IMG/VR virus record: IMGVR_UViG_3300028888_000116
Span: 10,224 to 74,223 of that record
Length of the DNA: 64,000 nt
Source: a virus
Taxonomy: Duplodnaviria > Caudoviricetes
Reading direction: 5' to 3' (one strand)
Shown: one piece after another, positions 35,529 to 44,952 of the stretch
How positions within the stretch are numbered: the stretch's first letter is position 1
How the letters are laid out: the number at the start of each line of letters is the position of its first letter
The notes under the pieces: model-generated
Databases searched by the model: none
The model's input: the letters and a program-made list of their open reading frames with translations, nothing else
What the model was told of the DNA's origin: nothing
Position numbers and translations under genes: made by a program

Positions 35529-36088
35529 CAATATTAGAAAAAATTAAAAAATGTGTTTCTCTAGTTTGGGATTTTCAAGAGATTTATGGCGAAGAAGATA
35601 TTGAAGATTTTTGTCATAATGAATTAAGCACCTATCCACAGCACGATGAAATAATGGAATATTTCAAACAAATTGAAAATCTTGAAATGACAGTTGGAAC
35701 CTTGCGCACTTTCAGTAATGAGCAGGCAACTTGTATTGAACAACTTGAAAAAGAAAATGCAGAACTGAAAACAGATTATGAAGTTCTCAGTTGCTCTGTT
35801 GGTGATTTTGGAGAATTGCAGGATAAACTTGAAGAAGAACAAAGAAAAAATAATGAACTTTTTGATAAACTCGCCGAAGCAAAGGAAATAATCAGTGAAT
35901 ATGTAAGGTTAGCCAATCTTGAAAAAGAAGATACTATTGCAATATGGCAATTATATCACAAGGCAGAACAATTCTTAAACGGTGAAAATATAATCTTGGA
36001 AGATGCTCAAGCTGGAAATAGTCCATTTGATGCAGATGAAATTTTCAATAAAGAAATGAAAGCATATTCAGAAGAAAAAGTAAAATAA
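35525..36088 (+). CDS. Hypothetical coiled-coil protein
   Basis: Start moved to ATG 35525 (ATGA overlap with the upstream stop). LEKENAELK coiled coil. Confidence 0.7.
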   Translation: MTILEKIKKCVSLVWDFQEIYGEEDIEDFCHNELSTYPQHDEIMEYFKQIENLEMTVGTLRTFSNEQATCIEQLEKENAELKTDYEVLSCSVGDFGELQDKLEEEQRKNNELFDKLAEAKEIISEYVRLANLEKEDTIAIWQLYHKAEQFLNGENIILEDAQAGNSPFDADEIFNKEMKAYSEEKVK

Positions 36089-36446
36089 GATAATCAGTTA
36101 TTTTACTTTTAAGGTGGAAACTAAAATAAGGAGATGGGGAATGAAAACATTTGATGATTTACTAGAATATGAATTAGGAGAAGAAGTTCAACTGTTTAAT
36201 GCACCAAGACAGAATCCTAGAAACTGTTTTGAAACAGGTACAAAAGGAAAGATTATTGAGTTCTTTGAAAATGGACTTATGATTGAAACAGAAAAAGGAG
36301 AACAGATTAGGATTTATCTTCCTGTCGTTGTTTGTAAATGTAAAGGTAAAAATATAATTAAAGAAGATATTGAAGCTGGGAACAGTCAATTTGACGCAGA
36401 CAAAGTTTTCAATAAAGAAATGAAAGCATATTCAGAAGAAAAGTAA
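35985..36446 (+). repeat. About 100-bp direct repeat forming the 3' ends of two adjacent genes
   Basis: 35985-36088 resembles 36349-36446, with an identical 37-bp core at 36042-36078 and 36406-36442. Confidence 0.9.
36114..36446 (+). CDS. Hypothetical protein
   Basis: GTG 36114 or ATG 36141 start. Shares its C-terminal tail with the upstream gene. Confidence 0.7.
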   Translation: METKIRRWGMKTFDDLLEYELGEEVQLFNAPRQNPRNCFETGTKGKIIEFFENGLMIETEKGEQIRIYLPVVVCKCKGKNIIKEDIEAGNSQFDADKVFNKEMKAYSEEK

Positions 36447-36461
36447 AAAAGTAAGAATAAA

Positions 36462-36623
36462 ATGACTAAAGAAGAAAAAATTAGGATAAAAGCAAAACGA
36501 GTAGCAAATAATCAGATAAAGAAATTAGAATGTGAAATAGAATATTATAAATCCAAAATTGCGGAACTTGAAAAAGAAAACGAATATTTAAGAAAGGATT
36601 TGTATAGGCTGACAACATTTTAG
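36462..36623 (+). CDS. Hypothetical coiled-coil protein (53 aa, not in the ORF track)
   Basis: Hand translation: MTKEEKIRIKAKRVANNQIKKLECEIEYYKSKIAELEKENEYLRKDLYRLTTF. Confidence 0.6.
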   Translation: MTKEEKIRIKAKRVANNQIKKLECEIEYYKSKIAELEKENEYLRKDLYRLTTF

Positions 36624-36641
36624 ATTATGGAGTAATGCAAA

Positions 36642-36977
36642 ATGAAAGACGAAGAAATGGCAATGGCAGAAGAATATTATTATAAAACTTATCCTGTTAC
36701 CTTGAATATTGGAGAAGAAGAAAGGAAAAAGAAAGTTATGGATATTTTCCTTGCTGGCCTTAAAGCTAATTGGCCGAAGTGGCACGATTTACGGGAAGAC
36801 CCTAATGATTTACCAAAAGATGATATGTATGAAGCAAATATTATAACTCCAAGTGGTGACTGGGAAAAGGGAATTTTTCGTAGAATAGATGGCGAATGTT
36901 ATTGGAGAATAATTGGGTTTAATGAGAACATAAAAGCCATTGCTTGGTGTGAAGCTCCCGTTTTTGATAAAAAATAA
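36642..36977 (+). CDS. Hypothetical protein (DUF551-like C-terminal pattern)
   Basis: KWHDLREDPNDLP...IAWCEAP. GGAG RBS. Confidence 0.65.
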   Translation: MKDEEMAMAEEYYYKTYPVTLNIGEEERKKKVMDIFLAGLKANWPKWHDLREDPNDLPKDDMYEANIITPSGDWEKGIFRRIDGECYWRIIGFNENIKAIAWCEAPVFDKK

Positions 36978-37042
36978 GCTTATATGAATAAGTCTAGCTT
37001 CATAATATGATAAAATAGATTGTTGCTAGGGATAATGAAAAA

Positions 37043-37234
37043 ATGATTTTTTATTTAACTACTTGTATTATTTTTGGATGTTGGATTTTCTTCGGTATGG
37101 ATTTTTTCACATATCATAATATCGCAGGAATGATTTTATATTTCTTGGAGATAGTTGGAGCACTTTTCCGTATTTTTGGATTTGACTTAAATTGGAAAAC
37201 CAAAGATGGAAGTGATGCCAAAATCCCGATATAA
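37043..37234 (+). CDS. Small membrane protein
   Basis: 63 aa with two hydrophobic segments. Confidence 0.55.
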   Translation: MIFYLTTCIIFGCWIFFGMDFFTYHNIAGMILYFLEIVGALFRIFGFDLNWKTKDGSDAKIPI

Positions 37235-37277
37235 TAGTTCGTTAATTTAATATTATAAAATTTTAAGGAGTAGGAAA

Positions 37278-37583
37278 ATGCCAACAATTATTTTGAGAAA
37301 TCCAATACGAGATAGAATGGAAGATGCTTATAAAAACGTTTTCAAAAAATATGGATTCAAATATAATAAAGACATCTGTATGATTACAAAGAACTTCAAA
37401 AATGGCTATATAAAAGTTTCTTTTGATTATGATGCAGGCGTTCTCATTGGGTGGACTCTATATGCTATAAATAATAACTATGAAGTAATTTTTGAAAAAG
37501 TTTTTTCAAAATCAGAGTCATTTGATATTGATTCTTTTGAAGATTGTTATCTTGAAGCAAAGGAAGCTTTAAGAGGTATATAA
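37278..37583 (+). CDS. Hypothetical protein
   Basis: 101 aa, AAGGAG RBS. Confidence 0.75.
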   Translation: MPTIILRNPIRDRMEDAYKNVFKKYGFKYNKDICMITKNFKNGYIKVSFDYDAGVLIGWTLYAINNNYEVIFEKVFSKSESFDIDSFEDCYLEAKEALRGI

Positions 37584-37748
37584 AATGAATATAAATATAA
37601 GGGTTAATTTTAAAGATATTGGTTATAAAGAATATAATAATATCATAAAAATAATTCAAACAGATGAAGAAATTCTCTTTTTTGGAAAATAAGCGATTTA
37701 CAGAGAAAAGAAATCTCAAATAAAAGATTTTGTAGTAAAGGAATCAGA

Positions 37749-38723
37749 ATGAAAGTTTTAGTTATACCAGATACTCACGGTTCTCACAATTGGGAAATTG
37801 TAAAAACAATCCCAAAAGAAAATTATGATAAAATAATTTTTATGGGTGATTACTTTGATTCTTGGGATAATCAATGGCCAGACCAGGGTGAGAACTTTAA
37901 AAATGAATGTGATTTCGTAAGAGAAGACCCAGTAAATAGAAAAATGGTTTTTGGCAATCATTGTTGGAGTTATATTTCTGGTTCAAGAGATGGCGGAGCC
38001 GTATCAGGCCATCAGATTTCAAAAATTGGAGAAATCAGAGCTCTCTTAAATGCAAATTATGATATTCTTGATATTGCTGAAGAATATGATGGTTGGATAT
38101 TTTCTCACGCTGGATTTTCTAAAACTTGGGTAGATGGATATTTTAAGCCACTTCTCCATCAAGAACTCGATAAATGGCCAGAAGAAGATGAAAACGGAAA
38201 AGGAGTTGTTTGGGACGAATCAGAGTATTCTATTCAGTTCATAAATGATTTTTTCCATAAGCATTCTCATTGGCCAGGAGCACCAGATTTTTCTATTGGA
38301 TTAGATGAGCTTCTTGATTGGCACGGTTATTTTTCTGGTTCGGGAAATGAAAAAACTCAGGGCCCATTTTGGATAAGACCAGAATCGCTTTTAATTGATG
38401 CATATTATCCAAATCAAGTTGTTGGACATACTGAATATGGAGTTTACGGACCCCTTGGATTAGAGAATAAAGGAAATAAAGTTTTAGTTGTAGATTCACC
38501 TTCTCATTCTAATATTTTTATTTTTGATACTGAAAACCCAGGTGATTTTATTACAGTAGATACATTTAATAAAACTTTTAAGGTAATATCAAAAGTATTA
38601 AATGATGGAAGAAGTCAACATAAAACAAGAGACCAAATAGAATTTGATTTAATTGAACAGACAATTTTAAATTCTGAAAAAGCGAAAATATTTCTTGATA
38701 ATGTGTGGGAAGAAGAAAAATGA
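37749..38723 (+). CDS. Calcineurin-like metallophosphoesterase
   Basis: IPDTHG, MGDYFD, FGNH, FSHAG and VVGHT motifs. Confidence 0.9.
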   Translation: MKVLVIPDTHGSHNWEIVKTIPKENYDKIIFMGDYFDSWDNQWPDQGENFKNECDFVREDPVNRKMVFGNHCWSYISGSRDGGAVSGHQISKIGEIRALLNANYDILDIAEEYDGWIFSHAGFSKTWVDGYFKPLLHQELDKWPEEDENGKGVVWDESEYSIQFINDFFHKHSHWPGAPDFSIGLDELLDWHGYFSGSGNEKTQGPFWIRPESLLIDAYYPNQVVGHTEYGVYGPLGLENKGNKVLVVDSPSHSNIFIFDTENPGDFITVDTFNKTFKVISKVLNDGRSQHKTRDQIEFDLIEQTILNSEKAKIFLDNVWEEEK

Positions 38724-38950
38724 AAGATTTAATTGAAGATAAAGAAAAATTATTAGAGCTTATTTTTTTCTATTATAATGCTTTTGTACTCAGAACAAGA
38801 AAAAGAAATATGACTGATAAAGAAAAAGAATTATTACGAGGAATGAAAATTGAAGAGCTAATTAGAATTTGTGAAAATCAAAAAATATCAATCGAAAAAT
38901 CAGAATTAAAAGGAACAAATTCTAGTATTTGGGAAAATGTTTTTAAATGA
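38720..38950 (+). CDS. Hypothetical protein
   Basis: Likely start ATG 38720 (ATGA overlap). Confidence 0.6.
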   Translation: MKDLIEDKEKLLELIFFYYNAFVLRTRKRNMTDKEKELLRGMKIEELIRICENQKISIEKSELKGTNSSIWENVFK

Positions 38951-39192
38951 AAATTAGAGAATTTAAATTACCTGAATTAAATCTGCGCGCATTTGAAAGT
39001 GGAAGATTAAAGGAGTATTTAAAAGAGTACTCCTTTCTTTTATGCCCTTGTACAATGCATTATGCTGATTTCAGAAATTTAGATGATTTTATTGCTAAAT
39101 CAATTCATAATATAATTTATATCAATATTAGATATTCAGTAAGATGGTATTCTAATTTTAATAATATTCTTTGGTATAATGCTTGGGGTTAA
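38947..39192 (+). CDS. Hypothetical protein
   Basis: 81 aa, ATGA-coupled to the upstream gene. Confidence 0.55.
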   Translation: MKIREFKLPELNLRAFESGRLKEYLKEYSFLLCPCTMHYADFRNLDDFIAKSIHNIIYINIRYSVRWYSNFNNILWYNAWG

Positions 39193-39203
39193 TTTAAAAA
39201 TCT

Positions 39204-40997
39204 ATGGAAATAATGTCAGACGATGCAATTGGAGCTCTTGCAACTGAATGGTCTCATAATCATTTAGGCGAGGATTTTCAATTTAGAGAATATCAACTTA
39301 ATACAATCATTCAGATTATAAAATATAAACTTACTGGAGTAAAAACTCAGGTAATGGAAGCTCCTTGTGGAAGTGGAAAATCTACAATTGCTTTTATTGT
39401 TTGTGGAGTTTTATGGGAATATTTTGGATTAAAGAGTTATATTCTCGTTTCTGATTTATCATTATTTGAACAATATGAGCAAGACCTTAAAAGATTCCAT
39501 CTTGATGATTGGGGAAGATTAAAGGGAAAAGATAACTATCTTTGTGGAAGAAATGGCCAAGTTTTCAATAATGGAGAGTGCCAAATAAAAGGAATTGGAC
39601 TTCCAACTTTAGCTGACCCCGAAGCTTCAAAAGTTAAAGGATTCTCTTGCGGCCCATCTTGTAAGTATGTAAGAGAAAGAAAAAGAGCTGAGAATGCTCC
39701 TGTTACAATTATGACATATCAATTCTGGCTCATTGCTATGAATTACGTTAAAGATATTTGTTTTGAAAATTGTGAAGAAATGGCTCCATTTCAAACAAGA
39801 GACTTTATTATCTGTGATGAAGCTCATAAGATTCCCGATATAGTTCAGCGACACTTTTCACCTAGAATTGACTCTGATGATTTAGGTTTTATATTTTCAT
39901 TAAGAGAAATCGCTGAAAAAATAGATTATCACGAAGACCTTCCTAAAGTTGAAACTCTTAAACAAGTAATGAAAGCTTTTACATTGGTTGAAAAGCCAAA
40001 AGATATAATGATTTGTATAAAAAGATATGAGGCTCTTCTTCAAAAATATAATGTATTTCAATATTGGCTTAGAGATGTCGTTCAGAAAAAAGGAAATATT
40101 GAGCATTTTCTGAAATATCTTAATGCAGGAAATACTTGTAGAGAATGTCATTGTAAGTTTGAAGATTATATAAATCTTGTTGAAGAACTAGGACTTGATA
40201 CAATTGTTTTATCTTCTTCTGTAGATAAGAGTGGAAATTATCATATAACTCTTAATTGTGCTTATGAGCATAAAATGGTAAAGAAATATCTTCACGATAA
40301 AGCACCTCAAGAATTATTAATGAGCGCAACAATTGGAGATTGTGTAATTTATAAAAATATGATTGGTGAAGAAGAGTTAGATGATATGGATTTTAAAGCA
40401 TTTGAGGTTCCGAGCACTTTTGACTTCTCAAAATCTCCAATTTATTTTTATCCAAAATTTAGACTCTCTTATACCGAGAAAGCAAAAAATCTTCCGTTAG
40501 TAATAAATGAAATTATAAATATTCTTAATAAGCATACAAATGAAAAGGGAATTATTCAAACAGGAAGTTATGAATTTTCTAAAGCATTATATGATAGTTT
40601 GAATCCAACTCTTCGTTCTAGAGTTTTATTCTATAAAGATTCTAAAGAAAAGAATGAAGTTATAATGAAATATAAAAATTCTATAAATAAAATTCTGATT
40701 GGCCCTTCACTTATTGAAGGTATTAATTTCCCCGACGATGAATGTAGATTTTTAATTATGATGAAAGTACCTTATGCTTCTCTTGGAGATAAATTGGTAC
40801 AGAGAAAAATGAATATTATACCAGGCTATTATCATAATGATGTTTGCCAAAAGATAACTCAGGGAATTGGAAGAATCCAAAGAAGTAAAAACGATTGGGG
40901 TGTCACTTATATTATGGACGGATGCTTCAATGATATTTTGAGAAATAATAATAACGATTTATCAGAACAAATTTTAAATCGTATCATAAAATTATAA
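39204..40997 (+). CDS. DinG/XPD-family SF2 helicase with putative Fe-S cluster
   Basis: EAPCGSGKS, ICDEAH, LLMSAT, EGINFP and QGIGRIQRS.NDWG motifs; Cys cluster after motif Ia. Confidence 0.85.
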   Translation: MEIMSDDAIGALATEWSHNHLGEDFQFREYQLNTIIQIIKYKLTGVKTQVMEAPCGSGKSTIAFIVCGVLWEYFGLKSYILVSDLSLFEQYEQDLKRFHLDDWGRLKGKDNYLCGRNGQVFNNGECQIKGIGLPTLADPEASKVKGFSCGPSCKYVRERKRAENAPVTIMTYQFWLIAMNYVKDICFENCEEMAPFQTRDFIICDEAHKIPDIVQRHFSPRIDSDDLGFIFSLREIAEKIDYHEDLPKVETLKQVMKAFTLVEKPKDIMICIKRYEALLQKYNVFQYWLRDVVQKKGNIEHFLKYLNAGNTCRECHCKFEDYINLVEELGLDTIVLSSSVDKSGNYHITLNCAYEHKMVKKYLHDKAPQELLMSATIGDCVIYKNMIGEEELDDMDFKAFEVPSTFDFSKSPIYFYPKFRLSYTEKAKNLPLVINEIINILNKHTNEKGIIQTGSYEFSKALYDSLNPTLRSRVLFYKDSKEKNEVIMKYKNSINKILIGPSLIEGINFPDDECRFLIMMKVPYASLGDKLVQRKMNIIPGYYHNDVCQKITQGIGRIQRSKNDWGVTYIMDGCFNDILRNNNNDLSEQILNRIIKL

Positions 40998-41025
40998 AAC
41001 GACTAATTATATAGAGGTAATTATA

Positions 41026-41700
41026 ATGAAGAAATCCATAATTTTAATGCCACATTTTGATGATGAAATCTTTAATGCGGCTTCTTTTCTAATTAAATAT
41101 TCTGGCCCAATAAGTATTTATTTTTCTCACCAGGGTGATTGTATTTCATACGAGAATTATTTAAAAGATATTGAAGATATGGAAAGAGTTATAAATAAAC
41201 TCAATGATTATAGAAAAGAAAAGAATAAGACAGAAGTTAAAGTAGAAATGTATTCTGACTTCCACGATGTTTCAAGATTAAATATGACTGAAGAATGGCA
41301 CGCCCAATTATGTAGAGCCATTGAAAATGATATAAAAGAAAATGAAATTGAGTATTTTATTATTCCATCACCTTCTAATCATCAAGCTCATAAAGCTTGC
41401 TATAATATTGGAAAATCTTTATTAAGAGCTCCATATATAAATAATATTCAGAATATTTTAATCGGAACTTATTATGTAGATAAAATCACTCCAAACGATT
41501 TGAATGAAAGTTTAAGTTTCCATATTCCAATGGAAAAAGAAGAAGTTGAATTGGCTAAGGATATTATCTCACTATATACAAAGAATCACGCAATTAATCC
41601 CGAAAACTTGGAAGTGATTTTTAGATATGAAGGTTATACTTGTGCTGAAGAATATGCTCAGAGTTTCTATCCATATTACATTAAGCATAAGTTAATCTAA
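41026..41700 (+). CDS. PIG-L/LmbE-family deacetylase
   Basis: LMPHFDDE metal motif and NHQAHKAC (HxxH). ACTAATTA at 41002-41009, GAGG RBS. Confidence 0.75.
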   Translation: MKKSIILMPHFDDEIFNAASFLIKYSGPISIYFSHQGDCISYENYLKDIEDMERVINKLNDYRKEKNKTEVKVEMYSDFHDVSRLNMTEEWHAQLCRAIENDIKENEIEYFIIPSPSNHQAHKACYNIGKSLLRAPYINNIQNILIGTYYVDKITPNDLNESLSFHIPMEKEEVELAKDIISLYTKNHAINPENLEVIFRYEGYTCAEEYAQSFYPYYIKHKLI

Positions 41701-41820
41701 ATAAAAAGGACTTTAAATAGGAAATCAAAAATAAATATGGAGTAAATCCAAAAAAGACGAAAAGTCAATGTGATTCCTAAAATAAAGTCCATTAAATTAG
41801 TTGATTTACGGAGGTAATTT

Positions 41821-42201
41821 TTGAAAATATATATTTCTGGCAGAATATCGGGAAATGAACATTACGAAGAAGATTTTAATTGGGTAGAGAGCCAATTGAA
41901 GTCTCTTATTGATATTGAGCCAGTCAACCCCATTGCATCCGATAAAATTGTAAAAGATATAAATGATTGGGCTGAATTTATGAAAAAAGATATAGATTTT
42001 CTTAAAGAATGTGATGCAATACTTTTGATTAAAGGTTCATATCCACTTCATAAATCTTCAAATTGGAAAAATTCTTATGGAGCAAAAATCGAAAGATTAA
42101 TAGCCAAAAAATATAAAATGAAGATTTTTTATGGCTGGAGACATTTCCATAAATGGTATTTAAAAGAACATAAATATGATATAAACTCGGAGGCAAAATA
42201 A
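41821..42201 (+). CDS. DUF4406-like protein (nucleoside deoxyribosyltransferase-like fold)
   Basis: KIYISG.ISG, VNP, MKKDIDFLKECDAI, W..SYGAKIE pattern. TTG start with a GGAGG RBS. Confidence 0.75.
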   Translation: MKIYISGRISGNEHYEEDFNWVESQLKSLIDIEPVNPIASDKIVKDINDWAEFMKKDIDFLKECDAILLIKGSYPLHKSSNWKNSYGAKIERLIAKKYKMKIFYGWRHFHKWYLKEHKYDINSEAK

Positions 42202-42204
42202 TAA

Positions 42205-43542
42205 ATGATTTTAAACAAGGACACAATTGATAAGATAAATCCAAGTGGAGATAAGCCAATCAGATGGATTAGCTACCAAAGTCTTTGCGGAGGTATGACA
42301 CTCGGAGCAGAAGCCGCTTTTGGATGTCCACCTCTTTGTACAATTGATTTTGATGGAATTGACCAGGCAAACTCTTCAGCATATATGAATTATATGAATA
42401 ATGTTAGAAAACTTGGATTAAGAGAGTTGATTCTTGATGGTAATCTTTTATCAATGGCTCAGACATTTAAAACTGAAGAAGATAAAAAGTTTTTTGATTC
42501 AATAAATCACGATATTGATGTAGTTTCAGCTGTACCTATCTGTTCGGGATTATCAATGGCAAATGCAAATAATTCGGGAAAGGCAGGAACTGCAGCAAGA
42601 GGCTCTGATGCAATTCAGAATAATAATATGATTGGTATTTTGAAATTCACTCTTGAAATCATTAAACCAAAAGCATATATTTTTGAAAATGCCCCAAATT
42701 TCTTTTCAAACTCAGGAAAGGGAATTAGAGATAAGCTTACTGAAATTGGAAAAGAAAATGGATATTCAGTAACTTATGTAAAAACAAATTCAAAGAAACA
42801 TTCAAACCCTCAAGCTCGTTCACGAACATTTGGTATTTTTTGGAAAGGTGATAAATGCCCAAAACTTCATTACGTTAACGACCTTTCAACTTCAATTAAT
42901 GATTATTTGGGAGAAATTGCTGAAGGCTCTCCATATATGACAGATGAGTATCAGCTCTTTAAAGATTTTGATAATGATGGATTCATTAAATATATGAAGG
43001 CAACTTATAAAGATGATTGGTTGAAAACTCTTGAAGATGATAATTCAGTTTCAATTATGACTTTTCTTGAAAAGAAAGGTTTTCCCGACGATGTAAGACC
43101 ATTCTTGAATAAATCGGAACTTCATTGTTATGACCACGCTAAGATGAAAAAAGAAAAGGGTATGAACTATATGGATGGCTCACCTCTTTATTATGGAAAT
43201 AATAAAATCTGTACAATCTTTGGTAGAACAATTGGAAGATTAATTCACCCAAGCGGAACAAGGGGATATACTCTTCGGGAAGCTTTAAAATTTATGGGAA
43301 TGCCAGATGATTATGAATTCCCTGGTGATAATGCTATGAATTATACTGACTGGGTTGGACAAAATGTTCCAGCGGTTACAGCTTATGATTGGCATAAACA
43401 GATTAGAGAATTCATTGAAGGCAAACTTGAAATGACTGATGAAAGTTTGGTAATGTTCAATAATGAATCAGATATAAAAGTCAAAGAAACGAAAGAAAAA
43501 GAAAAATTTAAATCTGGTTTTGAGATTTTCAAAAATAAATAA
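42205..43542 (+). CDS. DNA (cytosine-5) methyltransferase, divergent
   Basis: Motif I variant SLCGG, catalytic AVPICSGLS, ENA (VI), PQARSR (VIII), YTLREA..FMGMPDDY and GQNVP (IX-X). Confidence 0.85.
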   Translation: MILNKDTIDKINPSGDKPIRWISYQSLCGGMTLGAEAAFGCPPLCTIDFDGIDQANSSAYMNYMNNVRKLGLRELILDGNLLSMAQTFKTEEDKKFFDSINHDIDVVSAVPICSGLSMANANNSGKAGTAARGSDAIQNNNMIGILKFTLEIIKPKAYIFENAPNFFSNSGKGIRDKLTEIGKENGYSVTYVKTNSKKHSNPQARSRTFGIFWKGDKCPKLHYVNDLSTSINDYLGEIAEGSPYMTDEYQLFKDFDNDGFIKYMKATYKDDWLKTLEDDNSVSIMTFLEKKGFPDDVRPFLNKSELHCYDHAKMKKEKGMNYMDGSPLYYGNNKICTIFGRTIGRLIHPSGTRGYTLREALKFMGMPDDYEFPGDNAMNYTDWVGQNVPAVTAYDWHKQIREFIEGKLEMTDESLVMFNNESDIKVKETKEKEKFKSGFEIFKNK

Positions 43543-43549
43543 AACATAT

Positions 43550-43579
43550 AATGGTGGCTGAAAAGTCACCATTTTTTTA
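43550..43579 (+). terminator. Intrinsic terminator
   Basis: AATGGTGGCT-gaaa-AGTCACCATT plus T tract. Confidence 0.75.
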
Positions 43580-43621
43580 CTTTTTAAATTTAATTTATTA
43601 TATAATAAATATAAGGAGATT
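43577..43621 (+). promoter_or_regulatory. Class E promoter plus RBS
   Basis: TTACTT-N18-TATAAT-AAATATAAGGAG. The 28-mer 43594-43621 is identical to 44920-44947. Confidence 0.7.
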
Positions 43622-43626
43622 ATATT

Positions 43627-44115
43627 ATGGTTTTTGAAATTGGAAAATCTTACAAAATTTGTGATTCACACATAGATTATTATGATGATGCTGAAATTAT
43701 CAATATTGATGATAACTTTATCAAGTTTAATTATAAATCTGATGGTATCAAAAGAATAAAAATTTTGAATAAAAATGAAATTAAATCCGCCGAAATTTTA
43801 AGGAATGGGAATAGTCATACCATTTGGTATTGGGGATTATTTGAAGGCGAATTTTTCAATACACCACGATATGGAATTAAAAAGGCTAACCTTTCAGATG
43901 ATGAAATTATGATGAATATGTCAGACGGAGTTACTATTTTCTCCAAAAAAGAAGATGCCAAAAAATACCTTTTCAATATGATTCTTTTGAAAAAAGTTGA
44001 ATCAGATTATTATGTTTTTGAAGATGATGATTGTGCATTATATGAATCCTGTGGAAAATGGGAAGGTGCCCTTTCAAAAGAATTTAATGAGTTTCTGAAA
44101 ACAAGAACTAATTAA
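43627..44115 (+). CDS. Hypothetical protein
   Basis: 162 aa, after the promoter/RBS. Confidence 0.75.
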   Translation: MVFEIGKSYKICDSHIDYYDDAEIINIDDNFIKFNYKSDGIKRIKILNKNEIKSAEILRNGNSHTIWYWGLFEGEFFNTPRYGIKKANLSDDEIMMNMSDGVTIFSKKEDAKKYLFNMILLKKVESDYYVFEDDDCALYESCGKWEGALSKEFNEFLKTRTN

Positions 44116-44147
44116 AATAAAGGTCACCAGCCTTTATAGGAGTTAAA

Positions 44148-44681
44148 ATGGAAAAACCAATATCGCCAGAAATTTTTGAAAAAGTAAAAGATTTTTTAAA
44201 AGATAATCCACTCGTAGAAAACGTAAAAATAAGAGATAAAGAGCCTTCAATGATAGAAGTTTGGCTCGTAAAAAATGAAGATACAGTATCGGGCTATGGT
44301 GGAGATACTGGATATAAATTAAGAAAAGAGCTTGATGAGTTTCTTCATAAAGAATTTGATAAAGAAGTCGGAGCATTTGATTGTCTTTATAATTGGGATG
44401 CATATTTAAGTGCTGAAAAGAAATATAAAGAAGAGCATCCCGAACCAAAAGACCCAAGATATGAGTCAGGCTGGAAAAAACGTTCTTATTATGATAGAAC
44501 AAAAGGAAAAGGCTCAAAAGAAGTAGAAGCTTATAAAAATGAAAAAATAAAGTGGTTAGCTGATTTTAATAAGGCAATGCCACCAAGAGCATTTCCTGGC
44601 TTTGCATTTAGAGTAGAGCCAGCAGGAACCGCAGCTAAAATTTTCGCTTTCTATAAAGATACAAAATATTTTGGAGATTAA
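44148..44681 (+). CDS. Hypothetical protein
   Basis: 177 aa, AGGAG RBS. Confidence 0.8.
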   Translation: MEKPISPEIFEKVKDFLKDNPLVENVKIRDKEPSMIEVWLVKNEDTVSGYGGDTGYKLRKELDEFLHKEFDKEVGAFDCLYNWDAYLSAEKKYKEEHPEPKDPRYESGWKKRSYYDRTKGKGSKEVEAYKNEKIKWLADFNKAMPPRAFPGFAFRVEPAGTAAKIFAFYKDTKYFGD

Positions 44682-44683
44682 TA

Positions 44684-44905
44684 TTGAGAGTATTAGTTAA
44701 GTTTAGAAACGGAGTTTCTGATGTTATTACTATTGAAAAAGTAAAAATCTTCTCAAAAAATCCCTGTATTAAATGCCGGTCTGATGGTGGCTGTTATGGT
44801 CATAATTGTTTTGATTCAGAAGAATGGGGTGAATTCATAGATTTAGGAAATGGAAACTCCATAAAAACTGACGATATTTCTGATATAAAAATTCTAAGTT
44901 TCTAA
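44684..44905 (+). CDS. Hypothetical protein with CxxC...C...C
   Basis: 73 aa, TTG start after GGAG. Confidence 0.6.
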   Translation: MRVLVKFRNGVSDVITIEKVKIFSKNPCIKCRSDGGCYGHNCFDSEEWGEFIDLGNGNSIKTDDISDIKILSF

Positions 44906-44947
44906 CTTTTTGCTTTCTTTTTATTATATAATAAATATAAGGAGATT
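44903..44947 (+). promoter_or_regulatory. Class E promoter plus RBS
   Basis: TAACTT (44903-44908)-N18-TATAAT (44927-44932)-AAATATAAGGAG. Confidence 0.7.
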
Positions 44948-44952
44948 TTAAT

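Noticed and set aside
6566-36446. Direct repeats considered as a CRISPR array or diversity-generating retroelement
   Set aside because: No repeat-spacer periodicity, no reverse transcriptase or cas gene in the window, and the mismatches are not confined to adenines.
34942-37000. Host assignment to a spirochaete (Treponema-like) from the style of the small genes
   Set aside because: Based only on recalled resemblance of short motifs (LEKENAELK, WHDL..DPNDLP); it needs database or CRISPR-spacer matches.
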